Positions 58,464 through 64,000 of a stretch of DNA of 64,000 bases are shown piece by piece (position 1 is the first letter of the stretch; each line of letters opens with the position of its first letter). Made by a program: the position numbers and the translations under genes. The DNA comes from Magallana gigas (taxonomy: Eukaryota). Below the pieces are notes generated by a model. It was not told the origin of the DNA. It was given only the letters and a program-made list of their open reading frames with translations, and did not search any database. Where the stretch lies: contig NC_088858.1 of the NCBI RefSeq assembly GCF_963853765.1, forward strand, positions 35,340,001 to 35,404,000. Reading direction: 5' to 3'.

Positions 58464-61400
58464 TTTCATTCATTCAATCTTTATTTCCCACTTGCGGAGA
58501 TTTCATGTTGTAAATTACAATATATAAAGAAAATCAGTCAATCGTACAAAATAGGAAATAATTGTGAAGACAACGTATATACATATATAGTAAGGAAAAT
58601 ATTTATAAATTGTTACATTTGCTCTAAGAATAATAGAGCTCTATTGTAGCATGCTGCAGCACTACATACAAATTTGCGCAACTGCAGATAATTTTTTTTT
58701 CATTTTCTTTATCTAATAATGTTGTGGGTTCAAATCCCCCGAGCAAAATATAGTATAAATCTTCATCTCTTAGCTGTGAAAGCTCTACATATAAATGGAC
58801 ATCGAAATTATTGATTAAACTGTTGTAAAACGAATCCCTAACAAAAGCTGTGGATGGACACCCCAAAACAGCATGCTGAAATTGGTTGCTGTAAGTGCAT
58901 TGACATATTCTGCAGTTTTGGTCTATATACACGGGTGGAATGGTCCAGAGTTTCGCTAGTAATCTAATAAATGGAACTTCATCAAATGAAAATTCAAATT
59001 TACAGAGTCTGATAGGAGAGACTGTATTGTGAAAAACTTAAAACATTCGGAAGTCTGGATCATTTTCCGTGCGACTTCTCCAATCCTCAGTATGGTGATT
59101 ATGAATCGACTTTTTAACTATAATTTTCCAATCCTTTTTTTTCAGGGAATTTGCCAGCTTCAAGGAATAAATGTAAATATTGAAGTAAATTATATTTGGC
59201 TAGAATTTCGTAAATATCCTTTAGGAATCCGGAAAATGGTTTGATGCCGTCCTGTAAAAGGTCACATAATCTAAGTAAGAAAATGTTTTTCGTCAGACAG
59301 CTAATATCAAGCTTGCACAGTTTTCCAAAAAAGGCTAATTTTCTTTTATCTATTTCCGAAACGATGGGATGTAGTCCAAGCATACTCTCACACATATCTG
59401 ATCTTGTTGAGATTTTCAGACCTTGGATGTCTTTTATCACGAAATGTTGAAATTTATTTAAACCTTGTAAATCTGTTTGCTTTAAATTGTTCCACAGTTC
59501 ACATCCATACAATACAGTAGGTAATACTATTTTTTGGTAGAGTCCAACAAGAGTTAGAGGGTTCGTATTATGAGACAGGTCGTTCCGTATTGCGAAGTAT
59601 GCTTTCCTGCCTTTGTTACAGCTTTCCGTTGTTCGCTCACCAGACTTGAATTGAGAGTGTTGGATAATACCTAAATGTTTGTAGCTATCGTTGATTGAGA
59701 TGTCATCCTCTCCTAATTTCCAGGCATGCTGCGTTAGGGGCCTTCCCTTCCCAAACCTAACAACGCTAGATTTTTGCGCATTAAAGGAAAAGCGCTATAA
59801 ACATGAATATCTATATGCAACGTTTAGCATCTTTTGTAAGCCCGTCGGACTTAAACTTAAACATGCAATATCGTCGGCTAATGCTGGGTTTGTTGATTTT
59901 ACATTGTACACACCAAAGTTACTACTTACATTTTCTAAACAATTCAATAAATCATTGATAAACACACAATATAAAAATACAGACAATACACCTCCTTGGC
60001 GAACACCTTGTCCAATTTTAAACCATTCAGAAATTGTGCCATTCACAGCTACTGTGCTTTCATTATTGATATGACAATCATCTATTATTTTCCATATCTT
60101 GCCCTTTAATCCCAATTTGTGAAGTTTAAACATGAGCGCTTTTCTCCAAACTGTGTCATAAGCTTTTTTACAATCTAAAAATGCCACATATACAAAACTA
60201 CCGTGGTCATTGTTATGACATATAGTCTCTTGTAAATTAAAACCTGCGGTAATGCAACTCAAATCCTTCTGAAACCCTTGCTGCTGGGGATTTGGGAACC
60301 TAATTTCGCTAGTTATTACGTCCGAAATTCTATTATGCAGCATTTTTTCAAAAACCTTTAACAGACACGACAACAATGATACTGGTCGGTAGCTATCAGG
60401 AGAGCTTTTTGTTTTATTGTCCCCTTTATATATTGGGACAACAATACCTTTTTTCCACTCACTGGGTATCGGCCCGCATTTGATAATCCCATTGAACAAT
60501 TTGCATAAGTAAAAGATTACTTTATTGCCCCCATATTTTAGATGCTCTGCTTGAATACCATCAATTCCCGGCGCTTTACGCAGTTTAAGTGATTTAACGG
60601 CTTGGTCTACTTCCGATTCGGAAACTTCGTATTCGAGACGTTTGTCACATTCGTTTTAAGATTTAACGTCATCATATAATTTATTTATGTTCAGAAAATT
60701 TTCTTCGTCATAGATACTATTGTTTTGAGGGGTATATACATTTTCAAAGTAGGTTCCAAATAAATCGGACACACTTTGGGGGGTATTTGCAGTGATACCA
60801 CCGTACTGAATTTCCGGATACACCCTGCTTTTGCGGGGTCGTTGTTTGCTAATCAGTTTCCAAAACAGTCGAGTGTCGCAGCCGGCTGCGTTATCTATGT
60901 CGGTATAGGTTTTCTTGATATACTGCTCCAATGCTAGTGACTGGCATTTACGAAAACGCCTTTTAGCACGCTTATAGTTAAAGCACGATGTGTGATGCAT
61001 CCCGCGGGGTCTCCCTTCCCTAACCCAAATGCCGTCATTCTCCGTTCTTGGGCATGAGCTTCCTTGACCTCCCCTGTCCAGTAGGGCTTACAGTGGGGGT
61101 TAAATTTAGACCTGGGAACGACAGTATTCGCACTTGCTGTTATACATTTAACGAATGCCATACAAAATTCGTTAATTTCGGGGTGGGTCTCTGGTACATT
61201 ATTCCCCATTATATTATCTAACTGGTGAGTGACCTCTCTTTCATAGGTTTGCTTGGATTCATTTGATATGTTGTGCCATGCTGGAGTTTTGCTAGTAAAT
61301 TCAATGAGATGATGATGACTGCTTTGTATATTGTACACAGCCAAAACGGGAAGGTGGTCAGACGTGCTTGAGAACGTCCCTTCGGCAAGGATTTCATAAG

Positions 61401-64000
61401 AACTGAGTGACATGTATATATGCGCATCTGAGAATACATAAACTAACATAGTTTCTGTACTCGTAAATGTGTGATTACATTTGGGCGCTTTATCATTCCT
61501 TAACATATGATTAAGATGGTTTTCTTTTACAACATTTTAAGCTCACTTGATTTGTACAATTTGCATCTTCCGATGTCTACCTCCAAACAACTTGCATCAA
61601 AGTCACCAGCTACTACAATATGACCATATCGTGAATAATAATTATTAAAATCTTGTAATATCGACAATTGATCTTTATATGCTTCAATATTGTTTTCTGG
61701 GGGAAGGTAAGCCCCTACTATGTACAAGAGTTCGTTGGTGTTAACTTTACATTCTATTGCAACAATTCTAGGAGAATTAACTTCTACATGTATTTCTTTA
61801 ACACTAAACAAGAATGACTTTTTTATCATAATTGATACACAAGATTTCCCATGCAATTCATTACTGATTTGGGATTCACACTTTGTGAATGAAAAACACC
61901 TGTTGTCTACACTGTCTAAGTAGTTAGAATACATTTGAGGAAGTTTGTGCTCGCTTAGGATAACAAAATCACAGTCTGTATCACGTAATAGGTTCGCTAA
62001 GCACATAGTTGAGGACATTAGCCCTCGCACATTCCATGTCATTAATTTTAGTTGCATAGACAATAATACAAATAATAGGAAAGAAATCATTGCAATTTCA
62101 GCAGCTTTTGCTCTAGTTTGGGCTTTATATTTTCTAATAGTTTTCATTGTCATCATCATGTTCGTCATCGAGTTCTTGTTTGTTACCATCTTCCCGCTCG
62201 TTATCGCCTTTCTTCTGGTTTTCGCTATCGATCTTCTCCTTCCATGTTCTTTGATTTAGCCATTTTCGACAGCTCACTCCTTCAGGCCAGAAGTCTCCCG
62301 ATTCCAGTAACTTCGAGTCCTTAGGCGATACGTTGATTTTGGCCGTCAGGCGTGCCCCCGGGTATCTTGCTCTAAATAGGATAAAGTGAGTTATCTTAAC
62401 CCCTTTCTTTGATACGTAATTCATAAGCCCTGTTCGCGTGGATCGAGAGCTAATTCCCGCAATATAGTAACGAGCCTTACGCTTGTAGGTCACACCCTAA
62501 AAAATATCGGGTTCCGTCTCGTCCCCTGTATGCTCCCCATTGTCACGTCGACGTAAAACACCTTCGTTATTGCTGCACGCCTCTGTTCTTGCTTCGCCCC
62601 TGTATTGGGTTTTACTCGACTTGTTCGTGTTTGGGTAGAATACTTGTTCGGTACGGTTATGATCATTTTCTGGAATCATAGGTCCAAACAGCGACTTCTC
62701 GGGTTCTGTGGATGTCTGCATGCCACTGTCTTTTTGGGTTGATCTCTGTGCCCATCGTCCTGGTCTGATTGTTTTTTCGATTTTACCATGATCATTTCAG
62801 TAGTATTTGGTTTGTCATTTCGCTTGCTATTGATATGTGTGCCCTCTAACTTAGCATTTACACTCTCACCGTCGCGAGTGTGATTGTTTGTATGATTAGG
62901 CGCAGCGAGGTGGTCCCGACTTATGGGCCTGTCGTCCGTTTTGTTTACGCTTGGTTGGGCACTTGTAGCTTTGTAAGATAACGGTTCTTGCGTACAATCA
63001 CTCGCCTGGGACATTCTGCTGTCTGCTTTCTGTGTATTATTTTCCAAGGGAGAGGGACTTTGGGGGTTTAGAATTTTTAACTTTGTTTTTGTGTCGTTTA
63101 TTTGTTTCTGGAGACTAGTACATAGTTTTGACACTCTAGATAATTCAATTTTAGACTTTTCATAGTTCACCTGATACTCTGTGTAATCAAGACCCTCAAG
63201 ATGCTTAATGGTCGAGTTGGTATTTTTGCGTGCCGTTGCATGTGCATTAAACCTGTCCCTTAATTGATCATTTTCAGTTTGTAGCGAGTTGTTTTTTCTT
63301 TGTAAATCTGCTATTGTTTTTTTTAAAGATCTGAATAGTTTTAGCGCTTTTTGATTGATTGTCTTCACGTTTTGATACTCTCTCAAGTAAACCCTGAATG
63401 GTAGATCGTATTTGAATTATGGTACTCTTTGGGAACTCCAGGAGTTTATTTCTGCATTTATCAAGGACATCCGCTAGGATAGCAGGGGTCTCTCCATTAC
63501 AGAACATAGTGAGTGCAAAGCAATCTCTGGCATACTTGATAATGCTAGAACAGTTTTTGGTCGTTTTTCGGACAGTCAAATTTCCAGGGGGCAGTTGTCG
63601 ATTGATTTAGCTTTACTGCACAGAGAGGTTCGGTAATCAATAATAAATTTTTCATTGCTAGATGCTAGTTCAATAAGCTTTTCAACGTACAACTCCTTTG
63701 GTAGATTTTGCAAATTGTGATCTAAATCAGAGTAATCGTTATAACAGATAATACCTGTAGATGTATGGTCGTCGGTGGGTAACGCTCCTTCATTGTCGTA
63801 AGAACTACTCACTTGTTGTATAGGGTCCGAGGTAAAAAGCTGTACAAATTCCTTCCCTTCGTCAAAATTATCACAACAAAGTAAGTCAGTACAAAGTAAG
63901 TCAGTAAGAAGACCATCAGAAGTTACACTAGGAACACTATTGCAATCGGGCCCAAAGTTAACACGGCTCAGAATATTGGACAGATTGTCCCCACCACCCG
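58464..64000 (-). mobile_element. Degenerate APE-type non-LTR retrotransposon (CR1/L2/RTE-X-like)
   Basis: ORF1 fragments (coiled coil; FWPEGVSCRKW). APE TWNVRGL and AGDFDA. RT YRPVSLLS, QQGFQK, AFLDCKKAYDTV, GVRQGGVLS, ALADD. C-terminal CRICQC...H...C. AATAAA (58480-85) and (TGAA)3 tail. Many frameshifts. Confidence 0.9.

Noticed and set aside
58464-64000. LINE as a novel system
   Set aside because: Ordinary, heavily frameshifted APE-RT element.

Overview
AT-rich eukaryotic DNA dominated by mobile elements; the repeat types suggest a bivalve, probably an oyster (inference). The centrepiece is a ~20.5-kb Penelope-like retroelement (PLE) insertion at 12519-32987. It comprises five head-to-tail 3636-bp monomers, a 5'-truncated monomer and an inverted partial copy. 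Each monomer has a ~255-aa helical ORF1, a PLE-type reverse transcriptase that stops where the GIY-YIG endonuclease would normally begin, and a type I hammerhead ribozyme just after the RT stop. This endonuclease-less PLE is not telomeric: it sits inside a CAACGTTG-repeat-rich MITE (11372-33083), its 3' terminus resembles that repeat, and both ends of the insertion are element 3' ends. Also present: a decayed Gypsy element (1-3974); a young Gypsy element (34980-42893) with an extra zinc-finger ORF and a nested TTAA MITE carrying a tRNA-like cassette; a multi-exon, multiply disrupted DED/CARD-type immune gene on the minus strand (34887-50456); Helentron-type non-autonomous elements; other MITEs; and a decayed LINE (58464-64000).
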